Shown: one piece after another, positions 36,870 to 50,486 of the stretch
Numbering within the stretch: position 1 is the first letter of the stretch
Layout of the letters: every line of letters begins with the position of its first letter
NCBI GenBank assembly: GCA_050084985.1
Contig: JBITNC010000001.1
Location: 80,724,001 to 80,788,000 of the forward strand
DNA: 64,000 bases
Reading direction: 5' to 3'
From: Nageia nagi
Taxonomy: Eukaryota > Plantae > Pinophyta
Translations under genes and position numbers: made by a program
The notes under the pieces: generated by a model
Told to the model about the DNA's origin: nothing
What the model saw: the letters and a program-made list of their open reading frames with translations, nothing else
Database searches by the model: none

Positions 36870-38100
36870 ACCGTTATGAGATCCATCAAATTGCATATAA
36901 ATTCAAAATTGTACAATGTAAAACTACAAATTAATAATCTCAATCACACAAAACAAGATCAACATGATGATTTACCCTAGTTTACCCAACGTGGGCTAAT
37001 TCAACATGAAATTGGAGCCTTCTCTTATCATTTTCTATGGACATTACAATATTACATGCATATAGAGAAATACCATCAAAATAATGGCAATACCATCTCC
37101 TACAATACTACTGCAATCTCATACAACAAGAAGAAAAACTTCAAAATTACAAAATTTTTGGAATGACTCTTGATCTTCCTTCAAATGTTTACAATGCCAA
37201 AACCCAAAACTTTCTAAGCTAAGTTTTTTTTTTTAAGAATTAAGAGAGTAGCATGCCTTAAAATAGGCCTAGAAATGTCTCCAAGATGTCGGTTGATGAT
37301 CCTAAATCATTTAACTATCTGAATCATCAATGCCCCTTCAACTTCCATTGCTGACTCATCAAAATGTAGGTTGTTAATGACCTAAAAATAGTATACTTGG
37401 GCCATTAATGTTGCATTTTTTTATCACCAATAACCTTCAAATTTCAATCTTTGATTAATCTCCAAGCACATATACCTCTGGGATGAGTATTACTCCTACA
37501 AAGATCAACCTGACATGATCCAATTTGAATCACTTCCAGTGTTTCTACCTTTGTGCCTCCCAATAGGTATGAAATGGAATGATTTCTCTGAAGGAATTAG
37601 GCTTATCCATGTATTCTTACAATATTTTCTCCATTTCAACTTTGTAAAGTTCCATTTATGGAGTTCACTTAGGTGTGAATTCTGATTTGTTGGTCTATAA
37701 TGATGTTTATCTATATGATCTCTCACTTTTTATTGGAGTCCCCTAACTAGGTGATTTCATTTGTACCATAATTTGATTCATGATATTCATCAAAGTGTCT
37801 AAATTTTGATTTGCCATTTTATCCTCCTGCTTTAGGTGTTTCTACATTGGTATGCTAATGAATTTTAGGGTGCATGTGATAGCCCCACAAATTCTTTCAA
37901 GTATCCAACATTTCACTTGAGGCTTCCTTAATATACCACGTATGTCACCTAGTCTCTAAAATATCAAATGAATGGTTCCCATATCCCTAAAATGCTCTAC
38001 ATATATCTCCTAGCTTCTTAGTGCATCCACAAATTTTCTCTAGCTCTTAACCTTGAAATATGTCTCTCATAATTGGTGTGATCTCCTTACACTCCCATGT
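36870..38100. mobile_element. Probable unrelated degenerate LTR-element fragment nested in the gypsy element
   Basis: Interrupts the gag 5' region; motif gatttaccctagtttacccaacgtgggctaattcaac resembles copia LTR motifs; boundaries uncertain. Confidence 0.3.
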
Positions 38101-41100
38101 TTGATTTTATAGTGACTCAAAATTATTTGCTTTTGACATTTGCATAATACTTTTCCTCCAAATTTCAAATTTTATCGAACACTTAGAATTAAAATACATT
38201 ATCTCTCCTAATTTAATTTTCTTGTCAAATTAAATTAAATTAAATAATTCTAGATTAAATTTTTTATTTTTTTCCTTATTTATGCTACTTAAAAATAAAT
38301 TAAATCCATAAATATTTTTCAAGCTCAAATAAAATTGCACAATTAAATAGCTCAAACCTAAAATTTAACTCCTATTATGGTGGATGATTAGGTCTAGGTG
38401 CCAATTTAATCAAGCCTGTGGGTTATGGGCCCAAAAATCAACTTTGATTCACATGATGCCTCCTCCAAGCTCAGCATCCACACACAATTGACGTAGAGCA
38501 TTAGATTTGATTCAAAATACCTTCAAGTCTTAGCAATGCATGCCAAGATCTGAAACATCCAAGCTTTAATGATTAAATTTTGTAGATTCACAATAAGTTA
38601 AGCCTTCTAAAGGCTCAACATCTCTTCTCAAGCCTCCATTTTGTTATTAGCAAGGTAAAAAAATATGTCAAATTTTGAAATTTGAATCTTTAAGAACCAC
38701 ATGTTCACCTCAAAAATGCATAATGATCCCTCTATAATGCAAACAAACCTTCAACTACTCTCAAAAATGCCAAATGACCTACCTAAAAGGTTTTAGAAAC
38801 TTCAAATGGTCCTCAAAAGTTTCTTAAAACTTTCGTGTTAGTTGTAGAATGGCCAAATGAACCCAATTGTAGGTCTCCAACAAAAAAAAATGTCAAACTT
38901 GATGATAATTAAACAAAATTTTGAAAATTACCTCTCACCAAGCTAGACGATCCTCCTTGAAACTTTCAAACTCGGAAATGTAATCAAATTATGTCCAACG
39001 AACTTCCAGGAGGTGATATCTAACCTCCTAGATCTCCAACATAGGTCTCCTAGGGTCTAGATCCAACAAAAATGGTGTTAAAATCTCAATGTCAACCCTT
39101 TAGTATCTAAACAAACTAGATCCAAGCTTTAGAGAGCTCTCTTATCCTCTAGATCTTGTTTCAAACCTCCTCAATTCTTTGAAACCACTTCATGATCTCA
39201 GGTCAATACCATTGTGATGTCTCACTCCTCCTTAAATCTTTCAATATGATGCCAATATCTACTAAACAACTACTCTCCAACTAGATGGAGAGATATCCTT
39301 CAACTCCTTTAGAATTTTCCTTAGCCTCTCTTACCTAACAAGATGGCAAGATGAAGGCTCTAATACCACTATGATGAGCCTAAGTTGGGCTCATCAGGGA
39401 TTTCTCCTAAATCCCTCAAGTCTAGATTAACCAAAGCTACTAAATGTACCCTAGGATAGGGATGTTGGCCTTCATAGCTTCGGATCCACCAATCAAGCTC
39501 AAAATGATGCAAGTATGTCAACATCTAGCTCTAGAAGGTAATTAAGTATGCAACAACCACCACACCTATAAATACTAACAAGATCTCAAGTAATAGCCAT
39601 CAAATACCCAATGCAACAAGTATGAAAGTCAAACGCATGTAAATGGATCAATTGAGAGCTAAGCATCCAACATCTAAGAAAGAAGGAAAAATATGCACTA
39701 ACACTCCCATAATTATGCCAAATATCTAATGTACAAGCACAAGAAGATAAATAACAAGAATATAGCAAAATAATGTATTTACATTCGAATACAAAAATAA
39801 TGATGAACCTTAATTACAATATTGTTGGTAATGATTGATGCTTCAGGGCTCGAGATCCATAGTGTGGTAAAGCATGCACCAAGGATTCCTTCATCAACAA
39901 TTGTGGTGGAATCTCATAGATCCACTACCAATGTTAAGATAATATAGGGTAATGCCAACTCCCCTAGATAGTTAGTTAATAACTTGGGTTGTGTAAATCC
40001 CAAGTGTGTACCCACGTAAGTCTTGTACCACACCTTGCTACATGTACCTCACTTTGAAGAAGTGGAATTCTAGTAGAGATAAGCTCCACAAAGAAGAGGA
40101 GAAGTAATAATAATCATATGCCTTTGGTCTTACATGAGTCCTCCTTATATAGACAAGGTAGCTTAACTCTAAACATGCATTGGGATTGATGTGATATTAT
40201 CTAACGATGTACAAGGGTGATTCATGTGTTCTTAAGCCAACATCTAAGATGGAGAGTCTTGGGATGAGAATTAATCACACCCAAGACCTCCTAGTTGCCA
40301 CACCTCATGTAGGGAGATCCATAAAATCATCATTAATTCTCCCTTAGAGTGACGACAAGCTTTGGGACTCATTATGATACCTTGAAATGCCAAATAGTGG
40401 TCCCTTACCTTTAGTAATGCCACGTCCAAGCTAAGTTGCCTCTTTTTGCCTTACGATGGGTGAAATCACCTAGAGTAATGCTCTACCATAAGAGGGGAAC
40501 AATTGTTACAAGAGAGGCTCATTAAATATCAATATTACAATCATCAAGGCTCTTATTATGCAATGTCCCAAATTAGGTGACTAATATTGCATTTACAATT
40601 AATAGTTAGCCTTGGTATTTTAATTACATAACTATTGGTATTAAAATATAAAATAATTCGTAATTTACTAAAATAGACCCCAACGTTCCATAATTGGAGG
40701 AATTAATTGTTCTCCAAATGCAACTTATGGTAATTGGGCATAAAATCTACTAAATCACCAAAATTAATTAAAAATACTCTTAATCTAATGTTCCCATTTA
40801 TTAGAGGTGAAATGGCGAAAACACCATAAAAATGGGGATATTACACTTAAATACCAATCTTGTCACACCAAACCCCGAGTCGCAGCACTCAACATTTGAG
40901 GTCATCACTTGAAAAAACCAATACTTAAGGTACTCCATTGGTTAAACATATCTAAATCTATCATTTAACGATAACTAAATTTTAGCCTTTAAAATTATAA
41001 ATTATCCACTAATAAACCTTGAATCTTCCACCTTCAAAATAAATCTTCTTTATACCTCTCTTCTTGGAGATTCTAATGTTGCAAGCAATCTAGCCTTCAA

Positions 41101-41559
41101 AATTCTCTTTGACAAATATGACATCGCCAAACACCGAAAATAGGCATTGGCAGGGTCCGTTGTTTTTTTTTTATGCAAGGGTTAATCCCACTTCGTATAA
41201 CCCTTGGGTTTAACCGTCTTTCCATTTTAAATATTATTGTTTACCTTTATTATTGCAAAATGCTATTAGATGTGTTATGATTGATGGTATCTGGTCAAAA
41301 TAATACAATTTTTAACCATTGATGCAGGTTTGAATATTTTTTTCAATATTTTTAATAAATACAATTAGATTAATATGATAAATAAAGTAAATATACCGCT
41401 GAATCGAAAAATTAAACACAATTCGATTAACCCTGAATTGAAAAATTTACCCACATGAAAGAGAATTCTAAAGGCTAGATATCGAGCCCCAATTCTAATT
41501 ACTAAATCTATTTTTCATTAGATAAGCATAAATAAATACATATTTCCAACACATAAATA

Positions 41560-41651
41560 ATGTGAACATAAAACCCAGAGGACCGCGCGCCAAAAACATC
41601 CTGAACATTCGCTGCTCAACTTCTGCGAGAAGGTTGAAAGGAAGATCAACC
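41560..41651 (+). promoter_or_regulatory. CpG-retaining promoter/5'UTR of the Y-family polymerase gene
   Basis: Local CpG enrichment (gaccgcgcgcc, ttcgctg, tgcgag) upstream of the good-context aaccATGG. Confidence 0.5.
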
Positions 41652-41711
41652 ATGGCAGACTACTCTGTTTGCGTTCCAGAGATAGACTGCTCTCGCATCA
41701 TCGCACATTTT
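41652..41711 (+). CDS. POLI: Y-family DNA polymerase (Pol iota-like), coding exon 1
   Basis: MADYSVCVPEIDCSRIIAHF then canonical donor GTAAGT, phase 0. Confidence 0.78.
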
Positions 41712-42999
41712 GTAAGTAATTATGCTCTTTAATGAGTATAAACTTGACTCATTTTTTTTGTAAAACAAAGGAGTGGAATCATGCCGTGGATTAGTAGAAT
41801 TTACTATTGTGCCTGTTCGTTTCTCTGTGTTCGAAGATCGAACTATATATATATTTGAAACGGAAAGATTCAGCAACTGTATTATGCTTTGTAAATCTGT
41901 CCTTGACAAGAAACCCGATATGAACTTTTCTTAATGATAGCGGTGGCCTCTCATAGCTTATGCTAAAATTCCCCAATTTGTTTGGATCTAGTGTGGCGAT
42001 TAGACAGCGAAAGTAATTGAAGCACTATGTTGGTTTCTTTTTTCCTCGTGACAAACCCTTTTTATATTGCGATGAGGGTACTTAAATTCATTTGATTAAT
42101 CAAGTACTGGTAATGTAGTACAAGTAAATTATAGGAAAAGTATACTCAGTCTTCATTATAGAAATCACCTACTGTATCAATTCATGCCGATTTTAGATAC
42201 GGCTAATTGCTGGCTTTTCTACAAGGCTTCAGTATTGGAGTCTATCTCTTCCCCTTCCCTGAATTTACTCACCAATAATGCAACCGTGATTGAAAAATGG
42301 AGTTATTTGGATGTTTTTATAATCCTGTTTATGTTTTTGGCACAATTCTGACGTATTAGCCCTACCATTGCAGGGTGTATTGTGGTGGGTTAGCTGAATG
42401 ATCACACATTTTCCCACCTATTGAATGCTGTTGAGGGTGTTTTCCCAGGATTTTGAGGCCGGCTTAGGAATTGGGAACTTTCCATGTAGTAAACTTTCAA
42501 ATCCTACATGTTAAAAATCTTTAAGGCTTAAGCAGTGACCTTTTGTCATGAATTTAGAGAGGGGATGACTGCCATATTGAATTGTATAATCAATTACTTG
42601 GATTATCTGAATTGTTGCCCTAATCAATGAGAAAAGAGTTTATCTCAATTGATACTTTTCTTTAGGAAACAACATTTCAGTTGAAGAGAACATGATGTTC
42701 TAGGCAGTAATTTTGTTGAGTAGGACAACCCTGTCTTTCTTTCGAAAGAGATTAGTAGGTATCATAGTACATCTCTATTAGATTGTAGTTCCTGCAAGGC
42801 ACAATGTCAGTAAGACTTTTGTTTAGTATCTGTGTACATATATAGATATTTCCATGTTTCTTTTGAGATAGAAATTACAATGTGGAATTTGAGTGTTAAA
42901 GTTGGTCAATATTCAATTCCACTTGATGAATGCAAATTCTTGAGGAAAAATTAGTAGGATTAAACCAAATTCTGCATTCTTTAAAAATTAAAATACATA

Positions 43000-44620
43000 C
43001 AACAAGGGAACTCTATTATCTGTTCTAAAATATAGCATCTCAATTTGTTGTCACACAAATAGCTTTATGAGCATGGGAATTAAGTATACTTTCCTGAAAA
43101 TCTTTTACAGCCTGATACGTCCATACACTTTCACAATTATGCAATAAAATTAAACCAATGTAAGTAAACTGTGAACATATCTTTCTTGGAAGGGTCATAA
43201 AGATGAAAGTCTTTGGATTTCTCCCCAAGTCCTACAAAGATGCATTTGACACACTTTGGGGCAAGCTTGGTTGTCACACAAAATATGATCTAAAGTATTA
43301 CATCCAAAGATATGTAATTGTGGAATATTGGATTTCTACTACTCCACTATTCTTTTGATGTCATATCCTTGACAACCTTTACAAACATGAAGTTACACTC
43401 ACAATTAAGTGTTTCAAGCCTTCAGTCCACAAATTAAGATCCAAACCACAAAAAAGGAGCAAACACCTTGCCATCTACAAAAGAAAACAATTATTCCTTT
43501 CATTCACTCAAATTTGTTATGGAGTACAAAGAAACTATATTGGCAAGTGATTCCTTGCTCCTTACAACATCCATCAAACTTATGGTTAACACATTTATGA
43601 CCATTGTCTATCCATAAACATTCAACGCCACACCCACTTTGCTTCTCAACAAGTGGTTTGAAGTTTTTTTATTTTTTAAATTATGCAAGACATCACTTCT
43701 ATTTTTCAAGAAGTATGTTCAAATCCTCCTTTTGTAATAATTGATAAAACAGAGTAAGTTGCTATGGGTCACATAGATTAGAGTGAGCCCTTCAAAGGAT
43801 TAGATGTTTGGTGCACTCCCACCCTCTCAAAAGTTTCTTTATGGTGTTTCCTAATAGGATAACATTAAACATACACCATTTTGTTGATTTTGTATGATTT
43901 GAACTTTGAAGCACTTGAATCAACAAAATGGTCCTTATGAGAGGAAAGCTTCACTTTAAAATTATTATAGGCATCAAGAATTTTACTATCTTTCTTCTTG
44001 AAGGAAAAATTATTAGAAGAGCCTCAACCAATAATCATCATTGAAAGAGCCTTTACTTAGGAAACAACACATGGACTTATGAAGAGCCTTGACTTATCTT
44101 TCCAACTTCCCATTTATTCTTATTGGTGACAATCCTAATATGTCATCTTCGTGCAATAATTCTTCTTTTGACGATTCTTCCTATTACAATAAGAGCATCC
44201 ATCCTTCTTTTTTCTTTCCTTTTGAATCTTCATCACTATGATTTTCATTATCTCTTTTGATGCTTCGATGATTTGCACATCAAAGCATTCGTCTTTTCAC
44301 CTTTTCTTATAATGCTTTTGCTCTTCTTGTTCTTGAAAAGACGGGCTCAACTTTTCTTCCTTGAGGTGCCATTAGGACTTGAGTTGACTTGTTGTAGGAC
44401 AACATCTTGTAAAGTTGATCATAATTGAGCAACTTGGTGTCCAGGTTTCCATTGTACTTTTGGAATGCTGCTAAATTCTTCAATTGATTTCCCAAATTAT
44501 GTTGCCAACATATGCCAAGCTTCTGTCACCATGTCGTCCTTGATGTGGAGCTGAAGTCCCCTGCCAACAACTATTCCAAGAGAATTTATAACCTTTTTAT
44601 TATGTATCACAAGATGGGGG
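43000..44620 (-). mobile_element. Highly degenerate copia remnant (gag/RT/RNase H traces) in intron 1
   Basis: Traces such as ILLHNCES..QAVK..NSHAHKAI (RNase H-like) and LQLHIKDDMVTEAWHML (gag-like). Confidence 0.5.
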
Positions 44621-46950
44621 TTACTTCTCAATCAATTTGAATAAGACTATACTCTTAAGAAGTTTTGTGGTTTGGGTGCTTGTGAGCATGGAATATATAT
44701 AAAAAACAAGAGGAATGAGGGCAAAATAGGAAGAGGAATGAGCATGAAAGTTTGGGTCTTAGAACAGGAAAGCGCAAGTTGAAGCTAAACTGAAAACTTC
44801 AAAAAATTACTTGTACACATCTATGGGTGGCACATGGTTCTCTCTAATTGACAGTTGCTGATGTACACTTGCTATCCATGTAATCGCTTCATGGCAAATG
44901 TAGATTAGATGAAATCAATCACATGGATTTGAGTGAGACTATCTTCTCATGCATATGCATTTGTTGCTGGAATTATGAATGGCAAACCTTCCTAATCCTT
45001 TAATTTATCTTTGCTCCTAGCCCCTTCTCAAGTCAAGCCGACTCTTATTTTGGCTCAGCAGCCAAAACATGAGCAATTGAAAACATACAAAACTCAAAGA
45101 TTCAGTCGAGATTTGGGAGCACTTTTTGCATTTTAATAGTCAAGTTTTTTGCCAGTTTATTCTCATGTTGGTAAAAAGCTTATGCTTAGTCATTATTGAC
45201 TAGTAGTTTGGCTAATCTGGCTTGAATTATGCCACATGTTTGCCAAATAGGTTACTACCGTGGTTGAGGGCTCCAAACTCCAAGGAAACTCCCCATCTAG
45301 TATCATTTAGTAACTAGGGGAGGGATTATTTTGAACATGTGACGTCCTCCATGGGAGAGTATACCTTCCCTAGTTTTTCTACAATTGGAGCCTTGTTGGA
45401 AGGAAAAAATCTCCACCTTGTTGGTATGTTTTTCTTTCCTTGCCCAAAACATGCACAAGACTTGGAGGAAACAACGTTACTTGTTTCCGCGTGAAAGGAC
45501 TGGTTACCCCAAGCGTTCACATGGAATATGGCCTTTAAGGCTTAGCAGTCAGAGATGCATGTTGTTAACGATATACAAGGGAATTACACGCCAGAGTTCC
45601 TTCCCACAATGAGGAAAGACTGCATAGGTGAACGAATGCGAAGAAAGATCACAAATGCAGGGACAAACATAGGGACAAATGCAAGGGAACATGAGGAAAG
45701 AAAGGCTTATGAAGGTATCACCAGCGATGCAGTGTCTCGGCAGGTCATCTTCAGATTCATTAAGGTTGATGCACTCACTATCAATCCATGCGGCAAATAG
45801 CAAATATGCTCAAATTGTTACCTGACGAGAGCAGGAAGCTATTGGGTCTTGGTGGACGAGATGGTGGAAAAGGTATAAGTAAGGTGAGGGCGTGAGTGCA
45901 AGAACCTAACCGAATGATATAAAGACAAGCTATAAGCCTCAGAATACATTCACTTGCGTGCAAATCATATAGGGAATTAATTCAAACCACCTAGATGTAT
46001 ATTCAATGAACGACCCAAGGAGAGAACCATTTAGATATGCATAATCCCACAAATGATATACTTCACAATATGAAGTTTACAATATCATTGCTCAAAAGAA
46101 ATACATTCATAATGATATTCAATAATCAATATGCATAGAACCCCTTATGCAACAAATCTTCTATGCAGCGGAATGTAGATACTAAAAGATGCAATGGCTT
46201 AAAATGATTACATACATAGACCTCATAGCCAAAATCTGAGAGATGCAAGAGTCCCAATATATGATATTTCCATTAAGTGCAGAGTCTCACATATGCAACA
46301 ATGCGCAAAATCATGCAATAGTTTTAGATGCAAAATTGCAAAGATCCTCCAATGTAAATATCTCATATGCAAAAAGTCCAATGCAAAATCCTCTTCTAAA
46401 TTGCTCGGATGGAGTATAAATAGGCCATTAGAAGCGTTGCCCTAAAGGCATCAAATCTGATATGGTGCGCACACACGCAACACATATACCAGTACAAAAT
46501 CAGATAGTTCACACAAAACTATGCAAGTGGCACTTAAACCTGACAAAATATAAATGCCACCATCAAATAACGCATCTAATCTACCTCTAATCTATGCAAC
46601 AGTAAATCAGATATGCAATAAAAGGGTCTAAAAAGTTTGACATTTAAACCGGCAGGAGCAAAACCTCATCCCTGCATCGATTAGAGCCATAAATGAGTTT
46701 GATAGATTTGACCTGGCAGGAGCAAAACCTCATCTCTGCACTGATCAAATCAAATGACATAAACCAACATTAAACATGCATTAAACACAATATAGGATAC
46801 TGCGGACGAAATCTACGGGTGGATCAAACCTAGGCCAGATTTGATCCGATACTAGCAGTCACTGGTGAGATCGTACGACTCAATGGTCTCCTCCAAGAAT
46901 GCCATAGTCTTTCGCATGCCCTTGGAGATCATGCCAATAGTGCTGCCATT

Positions 46951-49900
46951 CTATTGGAAGTAATCTTCAATTTTCTTTGATGGAGCCTGCATCTGGTGTC
47001 TCCAAATGACCATCCGCCTCTCATGGATGATGGGATGCCTTGCCTTTAGCAAGATGAGATCGTCAACATCAAGATGCTCCTGAATCAGATTTCGAGCCTC
47101 TGCCAATACCGCCTCCTTCTTTCTAACATTGTTGTCCTCCCCTTGGAACTTGAGTTGATAAACATACTCACCCATTTGTTCCTCGACCTTCTTTCTTAAG
47201 GGGATCTTGATTTTCAAGGCTGCGTTGCACTTTTCGAGTGCGTGGTTCAACCAATCGTGATGATAAGTGAACTTGTGGTAGTAGACTAACTTTTTCAGGA
47301 TTGTCAGCATAAATGTGTTGCAGGTGGGAGGCGTTGGGAAGGTAAGTATCCAACGTGCCAAGGTGTGTTGAGATACTTGCCTTGAGGTCTCTGATTTCAA
47401 CACCTTTGGCAAGGAGCCTGTAGATTTGTGAAGACAATCTATGGTCTCCATCACTTCCTTCTTAAGTTGCTCCTTCATCAGTTCCCATCCTTCATGGAAG
47501 GAAGTCTACCTCTGTAGATCTAAGGGGGTGGTGCTAACTTTCTGGAACTCCTTGATGATTTTCCTGCTAGCCGTGAGTTCCTTCTTCAACCTCTTCACCT
47601 CCCTTTTGGCTTCGTGGCTTTCCTGCTCCATGACTGCAACATTCTGCGTGACTATGTGCTTTCTGGCTATCAACTCTAATTTCATAGGCATCTTGAATGT
47701 CTCAATAACACAGCCCTCCACTCTCTGAGGATTCTTCTCCTTCGAGTAGCAATGGCTAATGGAGATCTCTTTTCTAGAAGTGGAGACAAAAGTGTCAACC
47801 CTTTAAATTTTCTCATCGTCTGAGAGTTCTTGTCCTCATCTATATCTTCATCATGAGCCGTGCTCATGCTGAGGGCTCTTAGTCAGGCATCCAGGTCAAG
47901 ATGTGGATGCTTGGTTGCTGGCTAAGGAGGAAATCTTTGAACCAATAGCCGTCCTTTGTCAATTTTCTTGACCTTTTTTGCTGGAGTGGTCTGAACGATG
48001 GTGATCTCCTTACCTTGGTGCTCTTCCTACCTTCTTTTGTTCTTTTGCTCCTCAGTCTCTCCTTCATCTTCTTCATGACCTCCATTATCGCCTATAGATA
48101 TACCCTTTTTCCGAGGTTGGGGAGATTTGTAATGGCTCGTCCTCTTTGAGGAGGGCTTATGTGAAGAAGGGGACCTCTTCCTATGCTCGGCAGGAGAGGA
48201 TTTGGAGGCAGCCACTTCTCTAGCACGCTTCTCTCCAACTATCTGGACGTCATCCTCATAAGTACCAACGTCCACTATCTCATCATCCGGGATGGTTTCA
48301 ATTTCTATTGCATCAGGTGTTGAAGTACCTATAGCTACATCTCTTGCTCAGGAACACTGACAACATTATTAACATCATCACCATCTTCTTCTTCTCTTTC
48401 GCTACGACTTTCCGATTCTTCTCCAGAATCTTCTACGATACGGCCAGGATCTTCATCAGTTTCTTCATCAGAAGAAGTGGAACGTTCAGAATTGGAACTG
48501 GAACTTGGTTGTAGAGGGGGAACTTTCTCCCTGCAACCAGGAGAATGAGTAGGTCTGGAAGGGATTGCTTCGGTGGGTGAATCACTGGCACAAGCTGCAT
48601 TCACTACATCATTTAGCACATCCGAGGGGAGAGTATGATAACCAGCGTCTTTGAGATCAGCCACCATAACGTTGTGCTTGCTAGGACCTTGATGGGTTCC
48701 CTCGGAGCCTCTTGCCTTTTTCCTGCAAGAAGCAAGAGTATCTTCTCCGGTAGAGATGTAGGAGGGGTAGGAGAAGGAGACTTGATCCTGATAGAGACCT
48801 CCTTTGATCTAGGCTTTGTTGTTTGAGGTCTTTGAGGTGGCTTTTCTGATTGAAGAGGAGCCTTCTTCTTGCTCAAAAGAGCATCTATTCGTGCAATCTC
48901 CTCTTCGTCTCGTACGTTCCTATACCTCTCTTCATTCCCCAAAGGCTTATGCGGAAATGCAATGGGCTTGTGGAGTGCAGTGTCATAGAAATGTGCAATT
49001 ATGCCCTTAGGATCATAATTTCTAGTAGCAACCTCCCTGAAAAACTTACACTGTTGCAGCTCCTTCACATTAGCTACCTCAACCAACGTTTGGCACACAT
49101 ACTTCGATATGGAGATTGGTAAATTGATGATCGCTTTTTTCTTCTAGACCTTCTCCTTCAAGAACAAAAGTTGCCTAGCAAACTCCATGAGAATCAACCC
49201 ATCACTGGCATATCTCGGAAGGAGCATGGGTCGCTCCTTTGAGCCATAAACTTTGATGTATGTATGATCAGGGTCTTGCAGAAGGAAATCTGCATGTACG
49301 CTAATAGCTTGGACAGTTGCATCAGAAATCCTTTTCACCATGGACTCCCCTTTGATATCCTTGTAGATATCATACTCCTAGTGATCGGTCCTCTCATAGG
49401 AATATTGAAACTTGTTTTGATACCACCACTTCTGGTAGGCTCGCCACACGGGGGTATTCTTCTGCCCCAAATACCTTTCGTCAGCCAATTCCCTGGATTT
49501 GACCTTACCATGCAACAACAAATACACAAGATAAGAGTTCATATAGAATCTCTTTGAAGAGCCAAAATAGGCTAATTGATGGCGTAGGGCATCATTGATT
49601 ACCCCAGCCCATCTGATGGCTCTCCCCGAGCTGATAACTGCAATGAAGCCCATGAACTCCCTTCTATACTTGGCATCATTTTCTTGACCAGTCACCCTTG
49701 ACAGGAGAGTGATCAGCTTCGCCACAATAGGAAGAAACTCCTTCCGTGCGTTGATCAATCTCTGACCTTGAAGGTTTTGATAATCTTCTAGCAACCAGGG
49801 CCGAATGTAGTCCCCAAGCTGGGTTGTGGAATCATGGAATTCCTCAGAATAAGTTGATGTGTAGTCGTCCCCATATCTTTTCCAGCTGAAGGCTGCTTCA

Positions 49901-50325
49901 ATTCCTAAGGGGGTGAAATCCATGATCACATTTCCCTCTTATGTCATGTAGGACCCTTTTGTCATATTCACACTTCCTTTTTACCTTACTACATAGGTTA
50001 GGAAAAGGTACTACAAATGGTATCATAGTGGCATTGAACAAACTGCATGTGTGGATTAGCTCTTTTGATAAGTCCTCTTTGCTGATGGAGGATGTGGAGG
50101 CTAATGTTTGGATGGGGTCCAAGTTTCCCCAATCTGTATCACCAACAAAGATAAGTCTCCCCTTGAATTTGGCTTCGAGGAACTGTGGTCTCTCTTTCTC
50201 TTGGAATTCAATCAGGCTTTCTTTCAAAAGTCGAGTCATATGGCCTTTAGTTACATGTCTTACAAACAACTAGCCCTGAATCATCCTGGCCCTCAATGGA
50301 GGTGCTTTGATGTCGGAAGCCATGC
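46951..50325 (-). pseudogene. ~3.4-kb frameshifted accessory ORF of an LTR retrotransposon, function unknown
   Basis: Consecutive minus-strand ORFs: VGDTDWGNLD, LITLLSRVTG, IRWAGVINDALRHQL..FYMNSYLVYLL, YIKVYGS..P..LPRYASD, then an S/E/P-rich tract and a coiled-coil-like C-terminus. Confidence 0.7.
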
Positions 50326-50486
50326 AAGAATATAGATTTAGGTTTGTATACGATGAGAATTGCCTTCCCTTTTTATATGAGATGCAAGGACGGTGGAGGC
50401 ATGGCAGGGCACATGCTTGCCATTTGTCTTTTTCTCCTCTCAACTCATGGCATCTCACACTTGACTTGTTTTAGCTTACAATCCTA

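Larger units (their letters stand above)
33971..40845 (-). mobile_element. Old non-autonomous Ty3/gypsy element (gag + protease only)
   Basis: Diverged ~1.5-kb LTRs 33971-35466 and 39370-40845; PBS variant tggtattagagc 39357-39368; PPT gggagaggaaaaat next to 35467; TSD ctcaa/cttaa. Confidence 0.88.
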
